From Callorhinchus milii (taxonomy: Eukaryota): a stretch of 64,000 bases of DNA. The stretch's first letter is position 1. Each line of letters begins with the position of its first letter. The DNA lies in assembly GCF_018977255.1 (NCBI RefSeq), contig NW_024704742.1, forward strand, positions 81,284,001 through 81,348,000, read 5' to 3'. The notes below the pieces were generated by a model. That model had not been told where the DNA came from, made no database searches, and saw nothing but the letters and a program-made list of their open reading frames with translations. Position numbers and translations under genes: made by a program. Shown one piece after another: positions 14,205-27,860 of this stretch.

Positions 14205-15531
14205 TTTGCGTACAGCTCTCCTCCCACTCCCTCTTTGAACGCCTCCAGTCCGGTTTCCGCCCTGCCCATAGTACAGAGACTGCGCTTGTGAAAGTCACAA
14301 ACAACATCCTCTCTATCTGTGACCAGGGCTCCCTCTTGCCTCCTTGTCCTACTGGACCTCTCAGCCGTGTTCGACACAGTCGATCACACCATCCTCCTCC
14401 ACCGCCTTTCCTCCGTAATCCACCTCAGTGGGACCGCACTTGCCTGGTTCAAGTCCTACCTCACAAACCGCCAGCAGTATATCTGCACAAACGGCTTCTC
14501 CTCCCACTCTCACACAGTCACCTGCGGGCTACCCCAAGGATCCATCCTTGGCCCCCTCCACTTTCTGATCTACATGAACCCTCTTGGGGATGACATCCGC
14601 AGACATGGGGTACACTTCCACATGTATGCAGATGACACCCAACTCTATTTTTCCACCTCTCTTTGCGACCCCAGTCCCCTGATGTTCTGTCAGCCTGCCT
14701 GTCAGATCTCAGCAGCTTGATGAGCGCAAATTTCCTTCAGCTGAACGTTGACAAGACGGAAGCAATACTCTTCGGTTCTCGTCAATGTCTAAAATCTCAC
14801 GACTCTCACCTCCTCCACCTACCCGACCTCCACCTAAAACTCTCTGAACTTGTATGCAACCTCGGCATCAGGTTCGACCCCCAATTATCCTTCCTCCCCC
14901 ACATCCGATCCCTCACCAACACCGCTTTCTTCCACCTCCAACGCATCGCCCGTCTCCGCCAATACCTCACTCCAAAAGCTGCTGAAACCCTGGTCCATGC
15001 CTTGTCACCTCTCGGCTGGACTACTCTAATGCCCTCCTCTCCGGTCTCCCCTCCACTACCATCCATAAAATCAAAATCATTCAAAACTCTGCTCCCCGAT
15101 TACTCCAGTCCTTGCCAGACTGCACTGGCTGCCTGTCCCAGAGAGGATCGATTTCAAGATCCTCACCCTTGTATTCAAGTCCCTGCACTCCTCCCTACCT
15201 CTCTGACCTCCTCTCTCCTCAAAACAGTACCCTTTGCCTTCATTCCTCCGGGTCTGGCATCCTCATACCCCGAGTCCTCCGCTCCACCCTCAGCGGCTGT
15301 GCCTTCAGCCACTATGCTCCAAGGCTCTGGAACTCCCTTCCTCACTCCCTTATCCTCGCTCCGTCCCTTCCTATTTACAGGTCTCTGCTGAAGACCTTTC
15401 TTTTCGACCGTGCCTTTGGTCACCTTCCTCCCCCTCCCCCTGGCTCAGCCCCAGGATCCGTTACTGTGAAACGCTCTGAGACGCCATCCGGCGTGGAGGG
15501 CGCTATATAAATCCAAGTTGTTGTTGTTGTT
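14205..15531 (+). mobile_element. L2 LINE 3' fragment, second family
   Basis: [40 protein letters not shown]; (TTG)n tail. Confidence 0.9.
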
Positions 15532-16467
15532 AACAATCTTAATGATCCTTATACTTTTCACATCAGGATCGGTCACAGGAGTTTACTATAACGTGTAATA
15601 GTGACTGAGTTCTCGTAGGCTGACAGTTAGATGCACTTGTCCGTTTTGAGCTGTGCCACTTGTTGGCTAACCACAGAACAACAACTTCAGTTCATCACCT
15701 TAGGTTGACACACCAGTCAGTACAGTGGGAGTGACTTATCAGAGGTGTCAAGGCATTGTCTCACCTATCTCATCTCATGAGTGAGGATTCACCATAGCAC
15801 TGTTTCAAAGTATTCTGACCAACATTATAATATTATTAAAAATAATAATTCTTGCATTTGATATAGTGCCTCTAACATCGGGAGGATGTCCCAGAGCATT
15901 TCACAGGATTTATTATAAAGTGAAGTGACTGTGTACATTGTAGGCATATTTTGTGGTACAGTACTACCTGATCCATGATAAATCACTAAAACACAAAAAT
16001 GTGCCTATATTTAATAGTTGTGTCCTGTCCAGATTACAGGCTGCATTTGCCGATTTGAAAGTAACTGATTGTATGCAGCCCCTTGCAGCATTTCCATATG
16101 ATATTAGATGCAAGTATTTATAACCCAAACACTTCTGTTCATATCTTCGGGTCCACCAGCACACAATCCAGGAGGTAACTCATTTCTCTCCCTACCTGGG
16201 CCTCTGATAGGTTGTGACTCTTTCGGAAAAAAATGAAATATCACATCAAGTTTAATCTGTCACTTTGCTGACACAATGAATATCAAACCACAAGCATCCT
16301 TCTCTTTGTCTTTCTCTTGTCTTGTAAATATGTTAGGTTTCAGCCATTTAGAAGACTACGTTAAGTGTTTCATTAAGTGTTGGTTAGCCAACAAGTGGCA
16401 CAGCTCAAAACGGACAAGTGCTTCTAAATGTTTGCCTACGAGAGCTCAGTCACTATTACACTATTAA

Positions 16468-17567
16468 CTGTCTCGTGCGGTGTCCCTCAGGGCTCTGTCC
16501 TCGGTCCCCTCCTCTTCACCCTCTATATGCTCCCCCTTGGTGACATCATCCGCAGACATGGGGTTAACTTCCACATGTGTGCGGATGACACCCAACTCTA
16601 CCTTTCCTCCTCTACCTTCAACTCCACGACCACCGATGTCCTGACAGCTGCCTGTCCGACATCGAGTCCTGGACGAGAGATAACTTTCTTCAGCTCAACG
16701 TGCGCAAAACTGAGGCCCTCCTGATTGGCTCACGTCAGCGCCTCCGCACCTCAGGCGCTGACAGCATCAGCATCCAAGGCTGCACTCTCCACCTCTCAAA
16801 GCCACTCAGGAACCTCGGTGTTCTGTTCGTCCCTGAGCTGTCCTTTCTTCCTCATATCCGCACCACAACTGGCACCGCCTTCCATCACCTCCGAAATATC
16901 GCCAGTCTACGGCACTACCTCACCCCTCACGCTGCTGAAACCCTGGTCCACGCCTTTGTCACCTCAAGGCTGGACTATGGGAACTCTCTCCTCGCCGGCC
17001 TTCCCGCCACCTCCCTCCACAAGCTGCAGGTCATTCAGAACTCTGCAGCTCGTGTACTGTCCCGCACCAGGCTTCGGGACCACATCACTCCCACCCTCGC
17101 TCGCCTCCACTGGCTCCCCATCCCCCAGAGGATCGAATTCAAGATCCTCATCCTCACCTACAAGGCCATTCACGGCCTTGCTCCCTCCTACCTCTCCGAC
17201 CTACTATCCTCCTACCTACCTGCCCGTACCCTCCGTTCCTCTGGCTCCGGTCTGCTCCACATCCCCGCCCCAACCGCCCTACCATCGGTGGCCGGGCCTT
17301 CAGCCTCTCAGCCCCTAGGCTCTGGAACTCCATCCCCCAGTGCCTTCGCTGCCTCCTCCCTTTCCTCCTTCAAGGCCGGTCTCAAAACCTTTCTCTTCAG
17401 CCGTGCCTTCAGCTCCCCTCTCGACTCTCTACCCCTCCTCGCTCCCTCCCATCCCTCCCCTCACCCTGACCATTTCCTCCCTGCTCGGGTCCTGACCCAA
17501 CTGTACAGCGCCTTGGAATATCCTCCCGATGTGAAAGGCTCTCTATAAATGAAATGTTGTTGTTGTT
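16468..17567 (+). mobile_element. L2 LINE 3' fragment (same young family as 33551-36458)
   Basis: [40 protein letters not shown]; (TTG)n tail. Confidence 0.92.
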
Positions 17568-17639
17568 CATTTCCAAAGCTCTGAAAAGGAAGTGGTAGGG
17601 TGTGTTGTTAAATCAGTTTCAGTGTTACAGTGGTGTAAA

Positions 17640-17995
17640 GCAATAACAACAACAAAATTTGTAAAGCGCCTTTCACCTCGGGAGGATGTCTCAAGGTGCT
17701 GGTCAGACAGAGTTATGGACCCGAGCTGGGGGTCAGGGTCGGGGAAGGTGGAGGGCAGGGGGGAAAGCAAGGAAATCAAAAACCTGGTCGAAGAGGAGGG
17801 TCTTGAGATGGGTCTTGAAGGTGGCAAGGGAGGGGGAGAGGCGGGGGAACTGTGGGATGGAGTTCCAGAGGGTGGGGGCAGAGTGGCGGAAGGCTCGCCC
17901 AGCAATAGTGGGCGAGCGAGGCGGGGGATATGAAGCAGGGCCGGAGTCCGCTGAGCGGAGGGAGCAAGCAGGATGGTAGCGGGTTAGGAGGTCAC
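17640..17995 (-). mobile_element. L2 3' fragment, tail-to-tail with 16468-17567
   Basis: Reverse (CAA)n tail and L2 3' body. Confidence 0.78.
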
Positions 17996-19179
17996 CATCT
18001 TATGCTGCACAGTGTATGAGGTGCGGTCTTGGAAACCTAGAGGTACAGAATACTTCAAAGGTACCTACTGTAAGTCTAAAGTGGTATCTGTAGTCTATTT
18101 ATGGTGGTTCAGATGGAATTGAAAGATCCCATGGCACAATTTGAAAAGAGAAGGGAGTTTCTCCTGGTGTCCTGACCAACAATATCCCAAATAAAATTGG
18201 CCATTCACTTCATGGCTGTTTGTGGCTGGTTGTGTTGCATTCAAATTGGTTGCCACATTTGCCTGCAACATACACAGTCACTACAATAAATGCCTGTGAC
18301 GTCCTTTGAGGCGATTTGGCAACTTGTCAACACACTATATGCAATATAAGAATTATTATTATGATAGCTTATCAGTAGATTGATATTGTAAGTGTGAAGT
18401 GTTATTTTATGTATTGAAGTATATTGAAACTGTACGTAGTTTAGTTTATCAGTCTGAGTTGGGTCTGGGTGGGGAAATACACAGATATGAGCTACCTCTT
18501 GTGTTGTGCACAGGATTCAATAGTCCTGAATAAAATTACAGTGCTTCGTTTATAAATACAGTACTTGAATTTGTTAAAGCCCCTAATCACACTGAACCGC
18601 TTGTAAAATAAACCGTTGAATTGGTAAAGCACCAACAGGAAACTCTACACTGATAAAATCAGCTGTGTGCAGTTTAGCTTCAAGAAGGGGATCCCCAGGA
18701 CTCAAAGGCTCGGTCACTTTCTACACTGCGTGCATTTTAGTTTGTTACACACAACCAACTCGTGCCTCTACCCCTCACAACCTGAAGAAAAGGTGAGTGG
18801 CAAATGGCCTACCTTGGGAGAAATGGGAATTTTGGGGAGAATTCCTTACTATAACCTAGGGAGTATCATTTCTTTTGCCCATGTTAATATTTAGTTGTAA
18901 CTGATAAATGCTTGTCATCAGCGATCATCTACAATTCTCTAAAAGGCACTGGGCGATGGTGTTGTAGCTATGTAACTTCATAAGGTAAGATTGTTCACAA
19001 ACTACCCAACAACTACATACTGCGATTGGGTCATGAACTGAGAGTGCAATGGTCCATAGAAGATACTCTCTGGCAGCCTAATACTTTACTGATTTATGTT
19101 AGTTTCCTTTTTAAACCTGTTGTTGTTCTAAATCTTGTTGTTGTTGTTATTTAATGGAATGCAATCTCCACGTATTAGT

Positions 19180-19910
19180 ACAACAATAACAACAATAATT
19201 AATTAAATTGCTTTAGTGCCTTTCATGTCTGGACAATGTCAGGAATTTGGACCCAAGCAGGGGGTTGGGATTGGGTGGGGGGTGGAAGGGGATGGAGGGC
19301 AGGAGGGTGGCCGAAGGCGCGGTCAAAGAGGGATGGACTTGAGACGTGCCTTGAAGGAGGCAAGGGATGGAGCAAGGTGAAGGGACTGTGGAATGGACTT
19401 CCAAAGGGTGGGGGCAGGCAGGCTGAAGGCCCGACCGCCGATGGTGATGTGGGCCGGCCGGGGGACGTGGAGGGCCTGCTGAGCAGAGGGAGTGGACAGG
19501 TTGATGTTGGGTTAGCAGGTCACAGAGATAGAGAAGAGCAAGGCCATGGAAGGCCTTGAAGGTGAGGACAAAGATTTTGAATTCTTCCCTCTGGGGGATT
19601 GGGAGCCAGAGGAGCTGGACGAGGGTGGGGGTAATGGGGTCATGGAGCCTGGTGAGGGAGAGGGCATGAGTTGTAGAGTTCTGGATAAACTGCATCTTGT
19701 GGAGGAAAGAGCTGGGAAGGTTGACAAGCAGGGAGTTGGCATAGTCAAGCCTAGATGCGATAAATGCGTGGATTAAGGTTTCGGCGGTCTGAGGGGAGAG
19801 CCAGTGACGAGGCCGGACGATATTGTGGAGGTGGGGGAAGGAAGAGCGGGAGCTGGCACGGGTGTAGGGTAGAAAGGACAGGTGAGGGTCAAACAAGACT
19901 CCCAAGTTTT
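19180..19910 (-). mobile_element. L2 3' fragment
   Basis: [34 protein letters not shown] on the minus strand. Confidence 0.85.
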
Positions 19911-21980
19911 CATACTGGCTCAGTGAAACCGAGATTGTGTATGGATCCAATGCAATATTTTAAAATTACTTTAAAGGCCATGTTATGCCCATTTCTTGCA
20001 GTTGGAAACCTTCAGAAGTGCCATCCTTCAGATGAGACATTAAACCGAGTTCTGGAATCTCTCCGACTCGCTACCCCCTCACTCCTCCCTTTTGAAGGGC
20101 GGAGGGTTAGAGAGGCATGCCTTGAACAAGGGGAGCGGATAGAGAGTTGGAGGGACTCTGGAATGTAGGACGAACATCTCAAAATATTCCCCTAAGACGA
20201 TAGAGATCACCAAGCTGGGAGGAAATGAGGGCAAGTTTAACAGAGTTGACCAAATGTATGGTTGAAAAAGAAATTTTAAAATCATTTAGAAAACAGGTAG
20301 AGAAAGCATAAGGCAAAGGGATTTTGGAAGGGAATTTTATGTTTGGGGATTAGTGGCCACTGACGATGAGATGGAAGTAATAATAATAATAATCCTTCCA
20401 TCTGATATTGTCAAGGCTGTTCCTGGTATTCTTTCTGCTAAGTGCTGTACTGGTTCTTTCCCATTGTAAATCGTTGGATTTTTCTGTTTAGTTCCACACC
20501 TAATATGATTGATCTGTTGTTGAGTGCTCATATTTACAGTCCCACTGGTTTGATTTTCAGCTTCTTAATTGGACTGATTTCAAGTGTTTTTCCTGTTGGG
20601 CCTACTTAATTCAACTATTGGGAAGAAATCTAATGTCTTTTGTGACTGCGCTCACCATCAGTTTGCACAGCTCCTCTGAATTTTCCAGTACATGACGGCA
20701 TTAGGCAGAGTGTAACCTGCTGCACCGCTTCTCACCAATGCTGTTAACTTTGGGGTTACGAGAGCAAATTGTACTTTACTTTTACTAAAGAAAGAGAGGA
20801 AGTTAATAAGTTAATAATAATGATGATAACAATAATCCTTTCATTTGATATCCATGCTTTTCCACATTATCAAAATCTCAAAGCGCTTTAAAGGATATAC
20901 TGTGTATTTTGTAGATGTAGATGGCTTAAATCTCAAACATTTCCCATGTGGAGGGGACTGGCTTGCACGGATGGGAGGAATAGTTTTGCTGAACCTGGGA
21001 ATTTGTGGTCAGGCTCAGTTCACAGGATAGCCAAGTATCCAGTGCAGGGCCCTAGTGTTGGCTACCTCTGGCTGAAAACCAGCAGCCACATTTTGCCCAC
21101 AAAATACACAGTCAATCAACTTTACAGTATATTCTGTGAAGTGCTTTGCGATGTCTCAGCATGTTTTGGTTTCAGGAAAAATAAAAACATTTGTCACGGA
21201 TCTTTTCGTATTTTTATTTAAACTAGTCTTTGAAAAGAATTGAGTTTAACATTGGAGTCATCACGTTAATAACAATTCTTGCCTTGTGCCTCATCACTGT
21301 GTCGAGACATCTCAAAGCGCTTCACAGGATATACTGTAACATGTCGCCAGAGAAAACTACACCACACCCTGAAGTCTCAATTTGATGTTGGTTTCTGAAT
21401 CAAAAATAAGCTGTCAGTATCACCCTCTTGTTGTGTCCAGCTGCTTCCTGCTCCCTTCCTTTTATCTGTTTAGATTACATCAAGGCAAAAGTTTAAACAT
21501 AACAATAAAATATGACAAAGTGTTTGAAATTTCCCTGCGCAGGAATGCAGACCCTTAGCCAAGTAATGCTGTCCGAAAAATCCCTGGTTCTCGTAGGATT
21601 TCTTTTGTTAGTAATTTGCGGTTTTCCTGATCCTTTGATTCAGACTGCAACTCAAATGATTTCATGGAAATTTTCACGTTTTTTAAGCTTGCAAACCTCA
21701 GTTTTGCAAATTGGACTGACTTTCAGTTTTTGTTCCCTTTAAGCAACGCCCCAAAGGGTTTATATTTAATGACATTATACTGTATCCCTGTGCTAGTCGA
21801 AAAAAAGAGTAGGGAGTTTCTCCTCATGTCCTGGCTAACAATCTCCCAGATTAAACAATCGGCTTTTGCAACAATTTCCTACAAACAAGGGAAATTGTTG
21901 CATGCACTTTGGCTGCTATGCTTGCCTACAAATACACAGTCACAGAAATTTTTGTGAAGCATTTTAACGTTATAGGCTCT

Positions 21981-22530
21981 ATCATAGAATCATAGAATTA
22001 TACAACGCAGAAGAAGGCCATTTGGCCCATCATGTCTGTGCCAGCTCTTTGAAAAGAGCTACCCACATCAATCCCAGTCCAATGCGCTCTCCCCATAGCC
22101 CTGCAAACTTGTCTTCCCCAAATAATTATCTACTTCTCTCTTGAAAGTTGTTATCGATTCGGCTTCCACCACCCTTTCAGGCAATGCATTCCAGATCCGA
22201 ACAACTCGCTGTGTGAAAACATTTCTCCTCACCTCCCCTCTGTTTCTTTTAACAACTATTTTAAATCATTGTCATCGGGTTACCGACCCACCCGCCAGTG
22301 GAAATAGTTTCTCTTTGTTCACCCTATCGAAATCCATAATTCATAAGAATTATGAATCCCATCATTATTTTGAAAACTTCTATTAATGAAGTCCCTCATT
22401 GCTGGTACCATCCTGGTAAATCTTCTTTGCACCCTGTCCAATTTCTTGACATCCTTCCTAAAGTGTGGTGCCCAGAACTGAGCACAGTACTCTAGCTGAG
22501 GCCGAACCAGTGTTTTATAAAGGTTCATCA
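21981..22530 (-). mobile_element. CR1 3' fragment (smaller ones at about 23945-24160, 2640-2990, 50420-50720)
   Basis: LYKTLVRPQLEYCAQFWAPH on the minus strand; (catagaat)n tail. Confidence 0.85.
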
Positions 22531-24958
22531 TCCATATCAAAAGTAAGGATTATTATTATCATAATACAATGTAGATCAGGAGAGAACATTGCCTAAAACC
22601 ATGCTTTGTGGAGCAGCAGTTCTTTATGGCAGAAATAAGTAAGACCAATTTTTTTTCTTAATTTGTCATTTGCGGATGACTTTTGTGCTATTCACAGGCA
22701 GTGATTTCACTGACTTGATCGCTGACCATGGAGGTTTAGCCCTCTGTTTGTAACATCTGAAAGAATGCCACTGCAAACTCCACCAATGGTAGAAATGCTT
22801 CACCGTTACTACACTTTAGTAGTAAAATACACTTTAGTAGTAGTAAAATAAAATATAAGATGCCTCCTGCATGTCCCTCGAGCTCTCCATTTGGCCATTG
22901 GTGGCCGCACTTTCAGCCACTACGTCCCGAAACTCTGGAACACTCTTCCTCTATCATCTTCAGATTATGTCTGAAGATCTTCTTCATCGACTGTGCCTAT
23001 GGTCACCTCTCTCAGCTCGGCGTCGTGCTCCGCCACTGTCAAGCGCTCTGGGACACTGCGTGAGGGGATCTATACAAATGCAAGTTGTTGATTCTACCCT
23101 TTATGAAAAGGCTTTTAGAAGCCCCCTCCCCCAACAGATATCAATCTCGTGGTTTATGCAGCATAACATTATTTGCACTTGGTATCAAAGATTCCCTGCT
23201 CACTGGGCTACCTAGAACCCTGGTAGAAACTCCCTTCTCATTTCGAATAGTGCAATAGGTTCTTTTAAATCAACATTAGGGACTTTAAAGTTCTGTCAGG
23301 CAGTCTGTGGTTTGGTTTAGCATGTGATCTGAAGCACGGCACCTACAACAATGCTGTGCACCCCCAGTACTGCACTGGAGTGTTAGCCTGGACTGTGAGA
23401 TCAAAGTACCAGTGTGCAGCTTGAAGCCGCAACAATAACAACTTACACAGATCTTTCACGTCAGAACATCTCAAAGTGCTTTATACAACTGACTGGGAAG
23501 CCCAAGCTGGAGATGGGAATGGGGCAAAAGATGACAAAAAGAACATTAAAAATAATTCTTCAAGTGGGCTTTAAAGGTGGGGAGGGAGGGGACAAGTCAG
23601 GAGGACTCAGGATGGAGGTCCAGAGAATGGGGACAAAGTGGCTGAAGGATAATGCATTGATGGTGGGGCAGATTGATCGAGGAACATGAAGTATACCAGT
23701 GTTCACTGAGCTCCTGAGCAAGAGTGCTACCAACTGAAGCAAGTTACCACCGAATGTGCATGTGAGCTGCACAGGCAAAGGAGGGCATAAAATGGTGCTT
23801 GGGTGAGGCACGGTAGAGGTATTGGTGCTCCCAGAACCAAACCTTGTCGCATTGGCATAACAATAAGAATGGAAAGGAGGAAAAGGGTAGAGTGAACAGG
23901 CCCTGACTTTCTGAACGAGTGTGTGTCAAATCCTGTTTATATTGTTATAGAATGATAGAATCTTACAACACAGAAGGATGCCATCCGGCCCATCGTGCCT
24001 GTACTGGCTTTTTGAAAGAGCTGTCCAATTAGTCCCATTACCGCAATCTTTCCCCATAGCCTTCCAAATTTTTCCTTTTAAAGTACCTTACCAATTCCCT
24101 TTTGAAAGTTATTATGAATCTGCTTCCATCATTCTTTTAGGCACTGCATTCCATTGCAACAACTCAATGCTGATTCTTAGAAAGATGGGCAGCGGTGGCA
24201 CAGACTTGCCCAAACAGCTTCCTGTGCTGAAAATCTGTGTTTATAGTGTGCTTAGCTGATTACTAAAATTCATGAGCTTTTGGGTACTAATTGAGGTCTC
24301 TTGTGAAGTACCAACTGACCTATCTGTATGGAAGGTGCCCTTGTTGGTAATGTGGTGGTCGTGATGCCACAGGCATTCTTAACAAATTTAAGAATCAGTT
24401 ATCTTGAACACAAATGGGCAGCTGGTACTACAGGCTGCTAAGTCTCAGAACCAAGGACGCTCAAGACCCCAAATTCCACTTTATCTTAGCCTGTGAGGCC
24501 ATTTGGGCTTAGAAAAATTAACTATTTCAAATTCCCGCTGAATTTAGAAACTAATTTGCAGCAGCGTGTAAAAAGAACTGGCTTCCACATTGAGACTGAA
24601 TTTGAGAATGTTTCACAAGCAAACAGATTTTATAGCCAATTTTTTAACATCTCGTGATAGCCACACATTAGGTGACAATAATATTGGAACAAGTCAAGGT
24701 TATTGTTTGAAATGTAAACTGAGCAACTTGATTCATGATCTTTCGTCTCAAGGTTATGCGGGCTGGGAATTGCAACCTGCATTTTGCTAAATGATTTAAA
24801 GGACACTGGTATGTATACCTATTCAGTCTGGTTGACTTCATGGATTTCATTATATATATATAATAGTACAAATAATCTTTGCATTTGATATAGTGCCTAT
24901 AAATGTCTGTATTTATGGATAATTATTGTCAAGTGGAGGTGATTGTGTACATCTACAT

Positions 24959-25030
24959 TACAGACTGACCCCGTTATAACGTGGCGATTTAAGTCCATAA
25001 ACGTATACCCATGTTATAATGAGGCACATA
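24959..25030 (+). mobile_element. Possible Tigger/pogo-type DNA transposon end
   Basis: TA-cagactgaccccgttataacg with an internal repeat ccccatgttataatg. No partner TIR found. Confidence 0.4.
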
Positions 25031-25935
25031 AAGAATGACTGTCAGTCAATTGCTCGGGGTTGTCAAGTCACTGCTGATACCACTTCCTACAAATAGTGTA
25101 CTGAACTTCTAATATAGTGCAGGTTCACGGTGCAGTGTTGGAAGCGAACTCACGCTGCACTGAAGCAAGTTGAACTGGTTGGTTTATACTGTAATAATAC
25201 AGCACCTCTACTGTTGATGCATGGGGACTTACTGAACCACTTACTCTAAAGTTACATTTACAGTTTGGTCTCGCTAGATCACGACGTTCAAATCTATTTT
25301 ACTATCCCCTCCAGCCTAAGCTATAGTCATTAACCCTGTTGTTTTTTTTTCAATTATCCTTTAGCTCCTTGGGGACAATTTTATGAGTACTTTGTTATTT
25401 TTAGTTAGAAAAATTGCTAAATATATCTCAGATTTTATTCTACTTTTGTCCAAAAATGGAAACTGAAATGACTCAGTGAAAAAAAATATAGCAGCTTGCA
25501 ACAGATACTGTATTGTGCCTTTTCTTGGAACACAGGACTCATATATATATAGAATTTATTTAAACAGAATTATAACAATATTTAAAGACTTTCTTGACTT
25601 GAGAGAAAATACTGTTCAAGTTATATGATTGCATGTTACATACAGACACTAATATTGGGAAATTTAGGATTCTAACTATAAACCGTGAATAATTTGAACC
25701 TTCACAACAACTTGCATTTATATAGCACCCTTCACCAGGATAGTGTCTCAGAGTGTTGTACCATGGTGGGGTTGGACCTGAGCAAGGTGTGTGAGTGGGG
25801 AAGTGTCACCACAGGCACGATAGGTCTTCAAGTGAGATTTGATGGTAGGACTTGAGGCAGGGATTAGGGGCAGACCAATTCCATCCATTTAAAGTTACAC
25901 TTGTATTTAATGCGATGGATCCCAAGAAGAAGACT

Positions 25936-26887
25936 GATATCACTCCCACCCTCCCTCGCCTCCACTGGCTATCACTCCCACCCTTGCTCATTGGCTCCCC
26001 AAACCCAGAGGATCGAATTCAAGATCCTCATCCTCACCTACAAGGCCATTCACGGCCTCGCTCCCTCCTACCTCTCCGATCTACTATCTCCCTACTTACC
26101 TGCCCATACCCTCCGTTTTTCTGGCTCCGGTCTGCTCCACATCCCCCGCCCCAACCGCCCTACCATCAGTGGCCGGGCCTTCAGCCTCTCAGCCCCTAGG
26201 CTGCTCCCCCTTGGTGACATCATCCGCAGACATGGGGTTAACTTCCACATGTATGTGGATGACACCCAACTCTACCTTTCCTCCTCTACCCTCAACTCCA
26301 CGACCACCGATGTCCTGACAGCTGCCTGTCCGACATCGAGTCCTGGACGAGAGACAACTTTCTTCAGTTCAACGTGCGTAAAACTGAGGCCCTCCTGATT
26401 GGCTCACGTCAGCGCCTCCGCACCTCAGGCGCTGACAGCATCAGCATCCAAGGCTGCACTCTCCACCTCTCAAAGTGCGACCCTGAGCTGTCTTTTCTCC
26501 TTCATATCCGCACCACAACTGGCACCGCCTTTCATCGCCTCCGAAACATCGCCAGACTATGGCACTACCTCACCCCTCACGCTGCTGAAACCCTGGTCCA
26601 CGCCTTTATCACCTCAAGGATGGACTATGGGAACTCTCTCCTCGCCGGCCTTCCCGCCACCTCCCTCCACAAGCTGCAGGTCATTCAGAACTCTGCAGCT
26701 CGTGTACTGTCCCGCACCAGGCTTCGGGACCACATCACTCCCACCCTCGCTCGCCTCCACTGGCTCCCCATCCCCCAGAGGATCGAATTCAAGATCCTCA
26801 TCCTCACCTACAAGGCCATTCATGGCCTTGCTCCCTCCTACCTCTCCAACCTACTATCCCCCTACCTACCTGCCCGTACCCTCCGTT
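25936..26887 (+). mobile_element. Rearranged L2 fragment (same young family)
   Basis: A 3' segment is followed by a jump back to the RT region at about 26201. Near-identical to 16468-17567. Confidence 0.88.
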
Positions 26888-27196
26888 TGTCTGCTCATCT
26901 GAGTATATCTCAAGGACTTTAATATCCTTTCTAAGATTAGTTTACAACCAGATACAGAAACAAAGTGACTTCTTTTGATTTGAACTATTAATGCAATCTC
27001 TAGTATTATCTTATTTGCCTTTTGGTTTATTGAAGCAACATTTTCTGCTATTATAATTTGTCCACTCTAACTTCTGGATCCCTTTCCTGACCAGCACGAG
27101 GTATAGTCAACACACACACAGAGGGAGAGGGTTAAAATAATCTGATTATTGTCACATGACTGAAAATTATGATCCAAACCTGTCTTTCATTACTCT

Positions 27197-27860
27197 CGTG
27201 GAGTCCTGCAGCTCAGTGGTTGGAACACACACCTCACAAGCAAGAGGATCTGGGTTCGATTCCTGGGTAGGGTGAAATGTTGGGCAAGTTTTCTTACTCC
27301 GCACATAATAATAATAATAATAATCCTTGCATTTGATATAGCGCTTTTCACGTCGGGAGGACATCCCAAAGCGCTTCACAGAACACACTGTAAAGTGAAT
27401 TGACTTTTTGTGGGCGAACGCGGCAGCCAATTGCGCACAGCAATGTCCCACAAACAGTCGTAGATTGAAAATGACCAATTTATTATTGTTTTTGGTTTTT
27501 GGAGGGATTATTATTAGGCTCTGTGTGGAGTAAGGAAACTTGCCCAAGGTTTCGCCCTGCCTGGAATTAAACATCTCTGTTTACCTAGCAATAAGTAGGA
27601 ACCCACTTATTAGTCGATTGGCGGATCGCTTTTCTGGGGGTAATAATTGCTTAAAAAATATATATATTTTTAAAAATAATAATTTGGTCACTCAATCCAT
27701 GACTGTTTGTGAAACACTGCTGTGCACAATTGGCTACCGCGTTTTACCCACCAAAGATACAGTCAATTCACTTTACAGTAAATTTTGTGAAGCACTTTAA
27801 GATGTTTCGAAGACGTGATAAGGCGCTATATCAAAAGCAAGGAGTATTGTTATTTTTATT
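27197..27860. mobile_element. Nested SINEs: long-form SINE (+) interrupted by a young short-form SINE (-) at about 27306-27567
   Basis: Head at 27197-27303, then the inverted copy, then the long form resumes at tctctgtttacctagc. Confidence 0.85.
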
